Positions 39,599 to 49,235 are shown, counted from the first letter of the stretch. The stretch is DNA of 64,000 nucleotides from an uncultured Spirochaetota bacterium (GCA_963845535.1 CAWJSK010000004.1:32001-96000); one strand, 5' to 3'. Made by a program: numbers and translations. The notes: a model not told the origin generated them from the sequence alone.

Positions 39599-40726
39599 TC
39601 AGTCGTACACCAGCTGCGCGATGTCGGGGTTGTCGATGTTGGTGGAGTCGTAGAACTTCGCACCAGTGTCGATATTCGCCACAGGCTGGCCCTTCACCGC
39701 CTTCACCGCGAGCGTGACCGCCTGGAACCCGATGTTGTAGGGGTCCTGCGTGATTGATCCCAGGAAGTACTTGTTGCGGATGGCCGCTTTCTGCGCCTTG
39801 CCAGCGTCAAACCCTACCACCACCAACCCGGGATACTGCGAGGGCAGCGCGCTTCCGTCATTGGAAGCTGCCAGCACCGCCCGTGCCGTCCCTTCGTTGG
39901 AGCAGAAGATCCCCAGGATGTGGTCCGTGGAGACCCGGTTGAGGATTGCCGTGGCCGTGTTCGTTGCATCCGTGTCCTTCGGCGAGGCAGGCACCTGCAC
40001 GTCAATAATGATCGCCTTCCCGCTGGTGGGGCTGTCAGAGGCTATGTAGGCCGGGTTGCCTTGCACCCGAATGTCCGCCGCGGTGTGGCTCGTCTGCGCG
40101 GTGATCAGCTTGATCATCTCGTCACGGAACCCTTTCCCGCGGTCCGTCACTGACTGGCTGGTGGCGTCCTGGTTGAAGTCCACGATCGTCACGGGGTTCG
40201 CGTCGCTTGCCGCCGCAATCTTGTCCTTGATGGCCGCAAACATGTGGTCCGCCGCAAGCCCAGCAGCCGCGTAGCTATTGGTGGCCGCCGTGGCGTAGAT
40301 GGCCCCCTTGGGCGCGTTGGGAACTCCTGAGTCAAACCCGATGATCGGGATATGCCTCTGGATGGCCTGGTTCAGCTGATCCATGACCGAGTTCGTATCA
40401 AGGGCCGCCAGACAGATGGCCGCGGGGTTCTTCGCCATGTCGTTGACCAGCATCTGCACCTGGGGCTGGATATCCGCTTCCGTCGGGGGTCCTTCGAAGG
40501 TGATCTGCACGCCCAACTGCGCCGCAGCAGCTTCCGCACCCTTCTTCACCGTCTGCCAGAACTGGTGCTGGAAACCCTTGGAAATGACGGGAATGTACAT
40601 CTTCCCGCCCTGCGCCATGGCTCCGCCGCCTTCCTTTGACCCGTTGGCAAAGGCCGGAAGCGCGAGTGCCAGGAGCAATGCGGCTGCTGCCACCAGCAGC
40701 ACCCCTTTTCGACTGAAGATGCTCAT
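39599..40726 (-). CDS. Sugar ABC substrate-binding protein (RbsB-like), copy 1
   Basis: 'ISKGFQHQFWQTVKKGA', 'IIGFDSG', 'VVGFDAG', 'ITQDPYNIG'. Confidence 0.9.
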   Translation of the reverse strand: MSIFSRKGVLLVAAAALLLALALPAFANGSKEGGGAMAQGGKMYIPVISKGFQHQFWQTVKKGAEAAAAQLGVQITFEGPPTEADIQPQVQMLVNDMAKNPAAICLAALDTNSVMDQLNQAIQRHIPIIGFDSGVPNAPKGAIYATAATNSYAAAGLAADHMFAAIKDKIAAASDANPVTIVDFNQDATSQSVTDRGKGFRDEMIKLITAQTSHTAADIRVQGNPAYIASDSPTSGKAIIIDVQVPASPKDTDATNTATAILNRVSTDHILGIFCSNEGTARAVLAASNDGSALPSQYPGLVVVGFDAGKAQKAAIRNKYFLGSITQDPYNIGFQAVTLAVKAVKGQPVANIDTGAKFYDSTNIDNPDIAQLVYD

Positions 40727-40825
40727 AGACACCTCCTCTTTCTTTGTGCCCCGAACATGCGTCCAGGGCGTCTCACCTCGGTAACGTGCCCGCTCTGCAT
40801 GGTTTTCTATGAAATCGCACCGTAA

Positions 40826-40889
40826 ACTCTACGGCACGCCTTTCCATTTGTCAAGGCGACTTGAGGAGAAATTGGTAGACCGTTATACT
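40826..40889. promoter_or_regulatory. Back-to-back sigma70 promoters
   Basis: Minus strand TTGACA(40854-40849)-17-TAGAGT; plus strand TTGAGG(40861)-17-TATACT(40884-40889). Confidence 0.6.
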
Positions 40890-40895
40890 TCCGAG

Positions 40896-41930
40896 ATGGC
40901 GAAACGAGCGACCCTGAGAGACGTGGCGCTGAAGGCCGGCGTATCCCACGGCATGGCCGGACGTGTCCTCGGGAACTACGGCTCGTTCAGCAAAGCCACG
41001 CAGCGCAAGGTACGCGCGGCCGCCCGGGCCGTGCAGTACTCCCCCAACGTCATCGCCAAAGCATTGAAGACGCAGCGGACGAAAACCGCTGGTGTGCTCG
41101 TCTCCGACATCACGGCGTCCTTCTGGACCACAATGGTGCGCGCCATCCAGGACCGCGCCGCGCGCGACGGGTACGGCATCATCCTCTTCAACAGCGACGA
41201 GGAGTCCCGCAGCGAAAAGGCCTCCCTTGCGACGCTCATCGAGCGCAGCATGGACGGGCTGATCATCTGCCCGACAATCGGCAACCATTCCTCCCTGAAA
41301 AAGCTCTCCCGCGGCGGAACCCCGCTCGTTCTCGTGGATCGCAAGGTGTCGGGGATCGCTTCCCCGTCCATCCGGGTCGACAACCGGGCGGGCGCGAGAG
41401 AGGCCGTCTCTTACCTCGCGCGCCTCGGTCATCGCAGGATTGCGATCATCAAGGGCATTGACGGGGTTGAGACCGCCGACGAGCGCTACGCCGGATACGC
41501 TGAGGCGCTTGCCGAGCACCGAATCCCCCTCCAACCATCACTCGTGAAGGACGGCCGGTTCATGAAAAACAAGGCTTTCGAAGCTACGCGCGAGCTGCTG
41601 CGGATGAAGAGCAGGCCGAGCGCGATCTTCGTGAGCAACGAAGTCATGGCAAGCGGATGCATGCTCGCGCTCAAAGAGGCGGGAGTTCGCATTCCTCAGG
41701 ACATGTCGCTCGTCACCTTTGATGACCCTGTCTGGACGGAGTACGTCAACCCGCCCATCACCAGCGTGAGCCAGCCGAGCTACACCATGGGAATACTTGC
41801 TTTCGACTACCTCTTGAGCCAGATCCTCGACAGGGAGAGGCGCGCGAAGCGCCTGGATGATCTTGTCCTGAAGACCACCCTCATCATACGAGAATCCTGC
41901 CGGGAGCTCCGGGGCGCCCCTTCCCGCTGA
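40896..41930 (+). CDS. LacI-family transcriptional regulator
   Basis: 'ATLRDVALKAGVS', 'YSPNVIAKAL', 'LGHRRIA', 'IPQDMSLVTFDD'. Confidence 0.93.
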   Translation: MAKRATLRDVALKAGVSHGMAGRVLGNYGSFSKATQRKVRAAARAVQYSPNVIAKALKTQRTKTAGVLVSDITASFWTTMVRAIQDRAARDGYGIILFNSDEESRSEKASLATLIERSMDGLIICPTIGNHSSLKKLSRGGTPLVLVDRKVSGIASPSIRVDNRAGAREAVSYLARLGHRRIAIIKGIDGVETADERYAGYAEALAEHRIPLQPSLVKDGRFMKNKAFEATRELLRMKSRPSAIFVSNEVMASGCMLALKEAGVRIPQDMSLVTFDDPVWTEYVNPPITSVSQPSYTMGILAFDYLLSQILDRERRAKRLDDLVLKTTLIIRESCRELRGAPSR

Positions 41931-41941
41931 GCTCCAATGAC

Positions 41942-41970
41942 AAAAAGGGCCCGCCGTGTTGGCGGGCCCT
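41942..41970 (-). terminator. Intrinsic terminator (copy 2, perfect stem)
   Basis: Minus strand AGGGCCCGCC-AACAC-GGCGGGCCC-TTTTT, between convergent lacI and SBP genes. Confidence 0.8.
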
Positions 41971-42014
41971 GCCTTATGTCAGGCCAGGAATCTCTTTTCA
42001 AAGACTCTGTTCTC

Positions 42015-43142
42015 TCAGTCGTACACCAGCTGCGCGATGTCGGGGTTGTCGATGTTGGTGGAGTCGTAGAACTTCGCACCAGTGTCGATATTCGCCACAG
42101 GCTGGCCCTTCACCGCCTTCACCGCGAGCGTGACCGCCTGGAACCCGATGTTGTAGGGGTCCTGCGTGATTGATCCCAGGAAGTACTTGTTGCGGATGGC
42201 CGCTTTCTGCGCCTTGCCAGCGTCAAACCCTACCACCACCAACCCGGGATACTGCGAGGGCAGCGCGCTTCCGTCATTGGAAGCTGCCAGCACCGCCCGT
42301 GCCGTCCCTTCGTTGGAGCAGAAGATCCCCAGGATGTGGTCCGTGGAGACCCGGTTGAGGATTGCCGTGGCCGTGTTCGTTGCATCCGTGTCCTTCGGCG
42401 AGGCAGGCACCTGCACGTCAATAATGATCGCCTTCCCGCTGGTGGGGCTGTCAGAGGCTATGTAGGCCGGGTTGCCTTGCACCCGAATGTCCGCCGCGGT
42501 GTGGCTCGTCTGCGCGGTGATCAGCTTGATCATCTCGTCACGGAACCCTTTCCCGCGGTCCGTCACTGACTGGCTGGTGGCGTCCTGGTTGAAGTCCACG
42601 ATCGTCACGGGGTTCGCGTCGCTTGCCGCCGCAATCTTGTCCTTGATGGCCGCAAACATGTGGTCCGCCGCAAGCCCAGCAGCCGCGTAGCTATTGGTGG
42701 CCGCCGTGGCGTAGATGGCCCCCTTGGGCGCGTTGGGAACTCCTGAGTCAAACCCGATGATCGGGATATGCCTCTGGATGGCCTGGTTCAGCTGATCCAT
42801 GACCGAGTTCGTATCAAGGGCCGCCAGACAGATGGCCGCGGGGTTCTTCGCCATGTCGTTGACCAGCATCTGCACCTGGGGCTGGATATCCGCTTCCGTC
42901 GGGGGTCCTTCGAAGGTGATCTGCACGCCCAACTGTGCCGCAGCAGCTTCCGCACCCTTCTTCACCGTCTGCCAGAACTGGTGCTGGAAACCCTTGGAAA
43001 TGACGGGAATGTACATCTTCCCGCCCTGCGCCATGGCTCCGCCGCCTTCCTTTGACCCGTTGGCAAAGGCCGGAAGCGCGAGTGCCAGGAGCAATGCGGC
43101 TGCTGCCACCAGCAGCACCCCTTTTCGACTGAAGATGCTCAT
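42015..43142 (-). CDS. Sugar ABC substrate-binding protein, copy 2 (identical protein)
   Basis: Translation identical to copy 1. Confidence 0.9.
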   Translation of the reverse strand: MSIFSRKGVLLVAAAALLLALALPAFANGSKEGGGAMAQGGKMYIPVISKGFQHQFWQTVKKGAEAAAAQLGVQITFEGPPTEADIQPQVQMLVNDMAKNPAAICLAALDTNSVMDQLNQAIQRHIPIIGFDSGVPNAPKGAIYATAATNSYAAAGLAADHMFAAIKDKIAAASDANPVTIVDFNQDATSQSVTDRGKGFRDEMIKLITAQTSHTAADIRVQGNPAYIASDSPTSGKAIIIDVQVPASPKDTDATNTATAILNRVSTDHILGIFCSNEGTARAVLAASNDGSALPSQYPGLVVVGFDAGKAQKAAIRNKYFLGSITQDPYNIGFQAVTLAVKAVKGQPVANIDTGAKFYDSTNIDNPDIAQLVYD

Positions 43143-43234
43143 AGACACCTCCTCTTTCTTTGTGCCCCGAACATGCGTCCAGGGTTGTTCTCTACCCCAA
43201 GAAGCACGCAGCCGGACGGGCGGGCATTCGATTT

Positions 43235-44530
43235 CTAGTGACGCTCCGCCTCCTTCTGCTGCGAGAACTCTCCGTGTTTGAATATCTCGGCAAACTCATG
43301 GTCAGCGGCCTTCTCCTCCGCGCGAATTCGGGCCTGCTCCGCTTTCTCTTCTGCTTTCATCTTGGAGAACGTTGCTTTCAATTCCCTTCGAGCCTGAGCG
43401 ATCTGGGTCTCGATTGACGCGCTCTCCTCCATTTTTCCGGCAGCCTTCCGGAGGGAAGCCTCGCGCTTCAAGGCGGCGATCTTTTCCACCATGGACGCCT
43501 TGTACGTGTCCGCGGGCGTTTCGATCCGGACTTCCGCCGCCTTCTTGGTCCGGTACATATCCAGGAGCACTGCCCCAATGACGATGACGCCCGTGAAGAA
43601 CGTCTGCCAGTGAGCCTCGAGGTTCAAGGAGGGAAGGCCCGTGGCCAGCACCGACATGATGAAAACGCCGATGATGGTTCCCCAGATGGTCCCGATTCCT
43701 CCCGCAAGCGACGTGCCCCCGATGACCGCGCCGGCAATGGCGTACAGCTCGAATCCCTGTCCCTGGGCGGGAAGGACCGTGGTGTAGATGGCGGCGTAGG
43801 AGATCCCTCCAATGCCCGCAGTGCCGCCGGCAATGACGTACACAAGGAGCTGCCACTTCTTGACATCCACGCCCGACAGACGCGCCGCTTCAAGGTTGCT
43901 GCCAATGGCGTAGGTGTATCTCCCCAGCTTCGTGTTGGACAGCATGATGTGGCAGATCACGGCGATTGCCGCCAGAAGGAGGGCTCCCGTTGGAATGGCG
44001 CCTCCGCCGCTTGCGCCCAGGTAAAGGAAGATGTCCTTGAACCATCCCCCCGGCTGGCCGCGGATGGGGAACGTGGCGCTGGATACGTTGGAAATGATGG
44101 AGCCGACGCCCATGGAGATCATCATGGTGCCGAGGGTCACGATAAACGGAGGCATCTTCAGCCGAGACACCATGATGCCGTTGAAAGCGCCGAACGCAAG
44201 ACCCACGACGATGATCAGGATGAGGGACGGGACCATGGGAAAACCGTGCTTGAGCGCGGTGCCGCCCGTAATGGCCGCCGCCATCATGACCGTCCCGACG
44301 GAAAGGTCGATGCCGCCGCTGATAATGACGAAAGTGACGCCCATCGAGATGAATCCGATGTAGTAGGCGGCATCAATGATGTTGACCAGCGTCGGGTAGG
44401 AGAAATAATTGATCCCGAAGAATCCGAAGAAAAGGTAGAGAATGACCAGTGCCCCCGGTGCGAGGACCCACTTCAGCCCGCGCTCGCGGAAGCGCTGCAT
44501 CATGTTGGTTTCCGTGCTCAGATCTCCCAT
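43235..44530 (-). CDS. Sugar ABC permease (RbsC-like) with long charged C-terminal extension
   Basis: 'GGIDLSVG', 'GRYTYAIGSNLEAARLSGV', 'IGGTSLAGGIG', then about 100 aa rich in E/K/A. Confidence 0.9.
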   Translation of the reverse strand: MGDLSTETNMMQRFRERGLKWVLAPGALVILYLFFGFFGINYFSYPTLVNIIDAAYYIGFISMGVTFVIISGGIDLSVGTVMMAAAITGGTALKHGFPMVPSLILIIVVGLAFGAFNGIMVSRLKMPPFIVTLGTMMISMGVGSIISNVSSATFPIRGQPGGWFKDIFLYLGASGGGAIPTGALLLAAIAVICHIMLSNTKLGRYTYAIGSNLEAARLSGVDVKKWQLLVYVIAGGTAGIGGISYAAIYTTVLPAQGQGFELYAIAGAVIGGTSLAGGIGTIWGTIIGVFIMSVLATGLPSLNLEAHWQTFFTGVIVIGAVLLDMYRTKKAAEVRIETPADTYKASMVEKIAALKREASLRKAAGKMEESASIETQIAQARRELKATFSKMKAEEKAEQARIRAEEKAADHEFAEIFKHGEFSQQKEAERH

Positions 44531-44535
44531 ACTCT

Positions 44536-46056
44536 TCAACTCCTGGCGAGGACTTCCTCGTGTCCCATTGTCGCGTATTGCATGATGGCTTCCTGGCTCG
44601 CTTCTTCGATGGAGAGCTCTCCGGTCAGCCGTCCCTCGCACATCACAATGATACGGTCGCTCATACGGAGGATCTCGGGAAGCTCCGAAGAGATCATGAT
44701 GATCGACTTCCCTTCCCTGATCAGCTCGTTCATCAGCGTGTAGATTTCACTTTTGGCCCCCACGTCTATCCCGCGCGTGGGCTCGTCAAAAATCAGGATG
44801 TCGCAGTTGCGGATGAGCCACTTCGCGATGACCACCTTCTGCTGGTTGCCTCCGGACAGGTTCCTCAGAAGCTGTTCCAGTGACGGAGTCTTGATGTTCA
44901 GCCTGCGCACGAACTCTTCCGTGACGTTGCGGACCTTGCGCGCGTGAATGAACAGTCCGCGCTGGAAATGGTCATACGTGGCCATGGCCAGGTTGTCCCT
45001 GACGCTCAGGTTGACCGCCAGCCCGAAGCGCTTGCGGTCCTCCGAGAGATATCCTATGCCGTCGGCAACGGCGTCTTCCGGGGAGCGGATGGAAACCCGG
45101 CGGCCGCGCACCTCGATGGAGCCGCTCTGGATTTCATCCGCGCCGAAGACGGCCCTGGCGGTCTCCGTCCTGCCGGACCCCATCAGGCCGGCGATGCCGA
45201 GGATCTCCCCCTGGCGCAGCTCGAAAGAGACGTTCTTCACGAGCCTTCCCGCGTTCAAGCGGTTCACGCGAAGCACGACCGGCGAGTCGACGGGCACGTT
45301 GCTCTTGGTCTTGGGCTGCTCGTAGATGACCCGGCCGACCATCATGTTGATGATCTGCTGCTTCGTCACCTCCGAGGTCTTCGCCGTGTCCACGAGCTCC
45401 CCGTCACGAAGGACGGTGACCCTGTCCGCAATGCGGTGGATCTCATCAAGGCGATGGGAGATGTGGATCATGCCGACGCCCTTGCTTGCGAGGTCCCGCA
45501 TGATGGTGAACAACTCTTCGATTTCAGAGTCCGTCAGGGCCGCGGTGGGCTCATCCAGGATCAGGATGCGCAGGCTGTGCGACACCGCCTTGGCAATCTC
45601 CACCATCTGCTGCTTGCCGACGGTCAGCCGTCCGAGCGTCTCCCGGGGGTCGATATTCATCTTCAGGCGCTTGAACAGATCCGCCGCGCGCCTGTTCTGC
45701 TCCCGCTTGTCCAGAAGCACACCGTTGAGCCGGGTTGATTCACGCCCAATGAAGATGTTCTCCGCCACCGTGAGATGGTCCATCATGTTCAGTTCCTGGT
45801 GGATGATCCCGATCCCCATCTCCAGCGCGTGCTTGGGGCTTCGCGGATTGAACTGGTGGCCGAGGTAAATGATCTCACCGCTGTCTTTCGAGTTGATCCC
45901 GACGAGGACTTTCATGAGCGTCGACTTGCCGGCGCCGTTTTCTCCGACCAGCGCGTGAATTTCAGCCTCGTTCAGGTCGAAATCCACCTGCCGCAGCGCA
46001 TGAACCCCGGTAAAGCGCTTGTCGATTTTCCGCATTGCGAGGACTTGACGGCTCAC
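44536..46056 (-). CDS. Sugar ABC ATP-binding protein (RbsA/MglA-like)
   Basis: 'GENGAGKSTLM', 'LSGGNQQK', 'DEPTRGIDVGAK'; GTG at 46056 after AGGAG. Confidence 0.93.
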   Translation of the reverse strand: MSRQVLAMRKIDKRFTGVHALRQVDFDLNEAEIHALVGENGAGKSTLMKVLVGINSKDSGEIIYLGHQFNPRSPKHALEMGIGIIHQELNMMDHLTVAENIFIGRESTRLNGVLLDKREQNRRAADLFKRLKMNIDPRETLGRLTVGKQQMVEIAKAVSHSLRILILDEPTAALTDSEIEELFTIMRDLASKGVGMIHISHRLDEIHRIADRVTVLRDGELVDTAKTSEVTKQQIINMMVGRVIYEQPKTKSNVPVDSPVVLRVNRLNAGRLVKNVSFELRQGEILGIAGLMGSGRTETARAVFGADEIQSGSIEVRGRRVSIRSPEDAVADGIGYLSEDRKRFGLAVNLSVRDNLAMATYDHFQRGLFIHARKVRNVTEEFVRRLNIKTPSLEQLLRNLSGGNQQKVVIAKWLIRNCDILIFDEPTRGIDVGAKSEIYTLMNELIREGKSIIMISSELPEILRMSDRIIVMCEGRLTGELSIEEASQEAIMQYATMGHEEVLARS

Positions 46057-46148
46057 TGAGATAACTCCTGGAGTGTGGTCCGCGGCATACGCTTGAAAGC
46101 GCCATGGACCGCGGTGCTTGGGCGCGCGTCGATCCGTTTCGTTCCTGG

Positions 46149-46177
46149 ATGGTACAAGATACCTTCGCAAAGAGTCA
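46149..46177 (-). promoter_or_regulatory. sigma70-type promoter
   Basis: Minus strand TTGACT-17-TACCAT. Confidence 0.55.
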
Positions 46178-46246
46178 AGTTTTAGTTTCAGCAGTATCTT
46201 TGGGACGCACGGCTCGAACCGTGCCGCAAATTACGGGAGGCATTTC

Positions 46247-46441
46247 ATGAGATGGGTTCTCATCATCATAGGCTTGCTGGTGCTCGTGGTCGGTGTGATC
46301 TGGGCTCTTCAGGGCACCAACCTTCTCCCTTACGGCCAGATGGCAGGCGATAAACATTGGGTAGTCAGAGGCGGCGTGCTGGGCATCATCGGGATCATCC
46401 TCATCGTGCTGGGAGCGAGGATCAAAGCGAAAACCGGGTAG
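46247..46441 (+). CDS. Small two-TM membrane protein
   Basis: RBS GGGAGG; MRWVLIIIG...GVIWALQG...MAG...W. Confidence 0.7.
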   Translation: MRWVLIIIGLLVLVVGVIWALQGTNLLPYGQMAGDKHWVVRGGVLGIIGIILIVLGARIKAKTG

Positions 46442-46445
46442 GCTC

Positions 46446-47282
46446 CTAAACGGAAATGAGCGCCACCCCGGCAAGCGCCAGGGCAAGCCCCAGGACCCGC
46501 GGCGCGGTCACCCGCTCACGAAGGATTATCCAGGCAAGAATGACCGTTGGCCCGGGATAAAGGGCAGCCACCGCCGCGGAGATGCTGAGCATGCCGATCC
46601 TGCTCGCAAGGAGGAACGCGATGTTGGCGCCCATGTCCAGGGCCCCGGACGCCATTACGAAGGGAACCGACGCCCGGGAAAGGCGCACGGGCTTTCGCGT
46701 CACGAGCATGAAAATGCCCACCAGGGAAACCGTAGCAACGCGCGCTGCAACGAGGGGCCACAAGCCTGAGCCGTGCGTCGTGCGGGAGATTGAAAAGAAA
46801 AACAAGCCGAAACCCAGCCCGGCCAGAACCCCGAGAAGGCCGGCGCGGCGTACGGCCCCTTCCCGTGACGATTTCGACGGTCCCGCCGTCAGAAGCCCGA
46901 TGGCGCACACGCCGAGAAGGATCCCCACCCACGCCGCAAGACCGGGCCTTTCGCCTGCGGCTACTCCCAGAAGGACCGGAATGGCAGCGCCCGTGACCGC
47001 AGCCAGCGGAGACGCCACCGCAACAACGGTGGTTGCAAGCGCGAAATAAAGAGCGGCAATTCCGGCAGCGCCGGACACCCCTGCAAGCGCGCCCCAGGCG
47101 AGGTCCAGCGGCTGCTGGAGGGGGAAACCGAAGACAAGAGACGCCACCAGGGCAACCACGAGGCCGACGGCTTGAGAGGACACGAGCACCGCGGGAAGCG
47201 GCGCTTTTCTCACGGCCATCCCGCCGCAGAAGTCCGCTGCTCCATACATCAGCGCTGAGAAACCTGCAAGGAGGATCGACAT
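46446..47282 (-). CDS. EamA/DMT-family transporter
   Basis: About 10 hydrophobic segments; 'YGAADFCGG', 'LYPGPTVILAWIILRERV'. Confidence 0.85.
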   Translation of the reverse strand: MSILLAGFSALMYGAADFCGGMAVRKAPLPAVLVSSQAVGLVVALVASLVFGFPLQQPLDLAWGALAGVSGAAGIAALYFALATTVVAVASPLAAVTGAAIPVLLGVAAGERPGLAAWVGILLGVCAIGLLTAGPSKSSREGAVRRAGLLGVLAGLGFGLFFFSISRTTHGSGLWPLVAARVATVSLVGIFMLVTRKPVRLSRASVPFVMASGALDMGANIAFLLASRIGMLSISAAVAALYPGPTVILAWIILRERVTAPRVLGLALALAGVALISV

Positions 47283-47413
47283 AGGGTTCCTTGAACGGGG
47301 ATTGAAGCACGCGCGGGCGCCGGTCGTCTACCCGGCACACCCGGCAGACCGCATACCCGGCAACCCGGCAAGCGCTTCTTGACAGCACGCAAAGCCACCG
47401 CGATGATTGCTCT

Positions 47414-47800
47414 GTGAACGGTGACAGTGAGAATACACAGATCAGGAAGGATCCGCGGAAGTTCAAGTATTCGGCGTCCCTGGGAAAGCGGGCCGTGCTC
47501 GTCATCCTCTCCAAGAGGGGCTTCGGCACGACGTTCGTGATCGACCGGCCCCGCAGCGTGCTCGGGCGCCAAAGCGACTGCGAGTTCGTCGTCGATGACC
47601 CTCTCCTCAGCCGCAAGCACTGCGCCGTGACCGTTCCGGCGGAGGGAGACTACTTCCTGGAAGACCTGAACTCCACGAACTCGACTTTCCTCAACTCGCG
47701 CAATCTGACGGAGAAGAGCCGCCTCGCCTACGGAGACCGCATCGTCATCGGGAATACCATCATGCGGTTCTACCTGGAAGAGGAAGCCGACCCGAAATAG
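47414..47800 (+). CDS. Stand-alone FHA domain protein
   Basis: 'LGRQ', 'LSRKHC', 'EDLNSTNSTFLN', 'GDRIVIG'. Confidence 0.9.
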   Translation: MNGDSENTQIRKDPRKFKYSASLGKRAVLVILSKRGFGTTFVIDRPRSVLGRQSDCEFVVDDPLLSRKHCAVTVPAEGDYFLEDLNSTNSTFLNSRNLTEKSRLAYGDRIVIGNTIMRFYLEEEADPK

Positions 47801-47836
47801 ATTTCCCCCTCCCCGGGGCCTATATTCTAGGTGCGC

Positions 47837-48406
47837 ATGGACAGCTTGCACATACGACCAACCCTGTGCGCCGCCGTTCTTCTTCTGGCGGCCGGCTGCG
47901 CAACTCCCGCCCACCCTCCCGCAAAGGCGCAGGCTGCGCATGAACCGGTCTCGGTCCAGGCGTTCTCCTTCAATCCCTTCTTCTCCGTCACGCTCCCTCC
48001 CTCCCGCATTCATTCGCATGAAGAAGCCATCAGGGCGTTGGGCACACCGGCGGAAGTACTGACAAAGCAAGCCCCCGGCGAGCATGATCCCACAATCGTC
48101 AATTCCGTCATCACGCTCCGCTACGCCTTCGGTGAGCTGGTGTACCTGCGCGTCTCCGGCAAAGACGTGGAGAACCTCATTCTCATTCAGCTCCATGGAA
48201 ACCAGGCCGCCCTGAGGTACGGAATCCGCTTCGGTGAGACGACGCGGGATCAGGTCCTCAAGCTCTTCGGAAAGCCGCAGGACACCCAGGATAACTCCGT
48301 CTCCTATAATGTACTTTACACGGAGGAGATCACGAACCCGACGACCTTCTACTTCCACGACAACGTCTTGATCGAAATCGACATTTCCTCCCTAATGATG
48401 GATTGA
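47837..48406 (+). CDS. Hypothetical lipoprotein
   Basis: Lipobox-like 'AAGC'; two similar segments 'IRALGTP' and 'LKLFGKP'. Confidence 0.6.
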   Translation: MDSLHIRPTLCAAVLLLAAGCATPAHPPAKAQAAHEPVSVQAFSFNPFFSVTLPPSRIHSHEEAIRALGTPAEVLTKQAPGEHDPTIVNSVITLRYAFGELVYLRVSGKDVENLILIQLHGNQAALRYGIRFGETTRDQVLKLFGKPQDTQDNSVSYNVLYTEEITNPTTFYFHDNVLIEIDISSLMMD

Positions 48407-49204
48407 ATGAAACCAAATCATGCCGCCGGATGGGGCATCCTGTGCGCAGTCCTGATTTCAGGAGCGTTGACGGCCGCCGCCATGCATGACGTCACCCTGG
48501 GCAATGACTTCGCCACCCTGCCCCTGGACGGCGGGTATCTCCTCAGCAACAACACGTGGAACCGGGACGCGGCGCACGGGCCGCACCAGCAGGCAATCTT
48601 CACGAGCAACGCGGGAGACAAGCCGTCCTTCGGCTGGAGCTGGCGCTGGCCTTCGAGCGACGGGGTTGTCTCCTATCCCGAGGTCATCTACGGAGACTCT
48701 CCGTGGGACCAGAAGCCGCGGCACGGGACGGCTGACCTCCCCCTGCGCGTCGACTCCCGCCGCATGACGGTGGACTATGATATCTCCTACCAGGCGAGCG
48801 GGATCTGCAACCTCGCCTTCGAGTTCTGGACAGTCTCCTCGCTTCCTGCGTCTCCTTCCGCCATCACGCACGAGGTCATGATCTGGATCGACAACAAGGA
48901 CATGACCCCCGCGGGGGTGTGGACCGACGATTTCAAGCTCAACGGCACCACGTATGACGTCTTCCTCCGCGAAGGCCACGGAGACGCTTCCGGGAAGAAT
49001 CCGCAAAAATGGACGTACGTCGCCTTTCTGGCCAGAAAGCCGGTCCTCAAAGGGCCGCTGGACGTCACGGCTTTTGCCGGGTTCCTTCAGTCGAAAAAAA
49101 TCCTCGGCAGCAACCTCTTCATAACGAGCCTGGAGCTGGGCAACGAGGTGATGACGGGCACGGGCCGCACCGAGGTGCGCGGGTACAAGGTCACCGTCCG
49201 CTGA
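48407..49204 (+). CDS. GH12-family glycoside hydrolase (secreted)
   Basis: 'NNTWN', 'SYPEVIYG', 'NLAFEFW', 'HEVMIW', 'LELGNE'. Confidence 0.8.
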   Translation: MKPNHAAGWGILCAVLISGALTAAAMHDVTLGNDFATLPLDGGYLLSNNTWNRDAAHGPHQQAIFTSNAGDKPSFGWSWRWPSSDGVVSYPEVIYGDSPWDQKPRHGTADLPLRVDSRRMTVDYDISYQASGICNLAFEFWTVSSLPASPSAITHEVMIWIDNKDMTPAGVWTDDFKLNGTTYDVFLREGHGDASGKNPQKWTYVAFLARKPVLKGPLDVTAFAGFLQSKKILGSNLFITSLELGNEVMTGTGRTEVRGYKVTVR

Positions 49205-49235
49205 CCGGGGCAGGCAGTGAAGGTCCGCGCCCGCG

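Larger units (their letters stand above)
39523..40768. repeat. Direct repeat copy 1 (1246 bp)
   Basis: Matches 41939-43184 at a constant offset of 2416; three mismatches seen. Confidence 0.95.
41939..43184. repeat. Direct repeat copy 2 (1246 bp)
   Basis: Matches 39523-40768. Confidence 0.95.

Noticed and set aside
39523..43184. Composite transposon or IS-flanked element
   Set aside because: The repeats encode a sugar-binding protein; no transposase, terminal inverted repeats or target duplication seen
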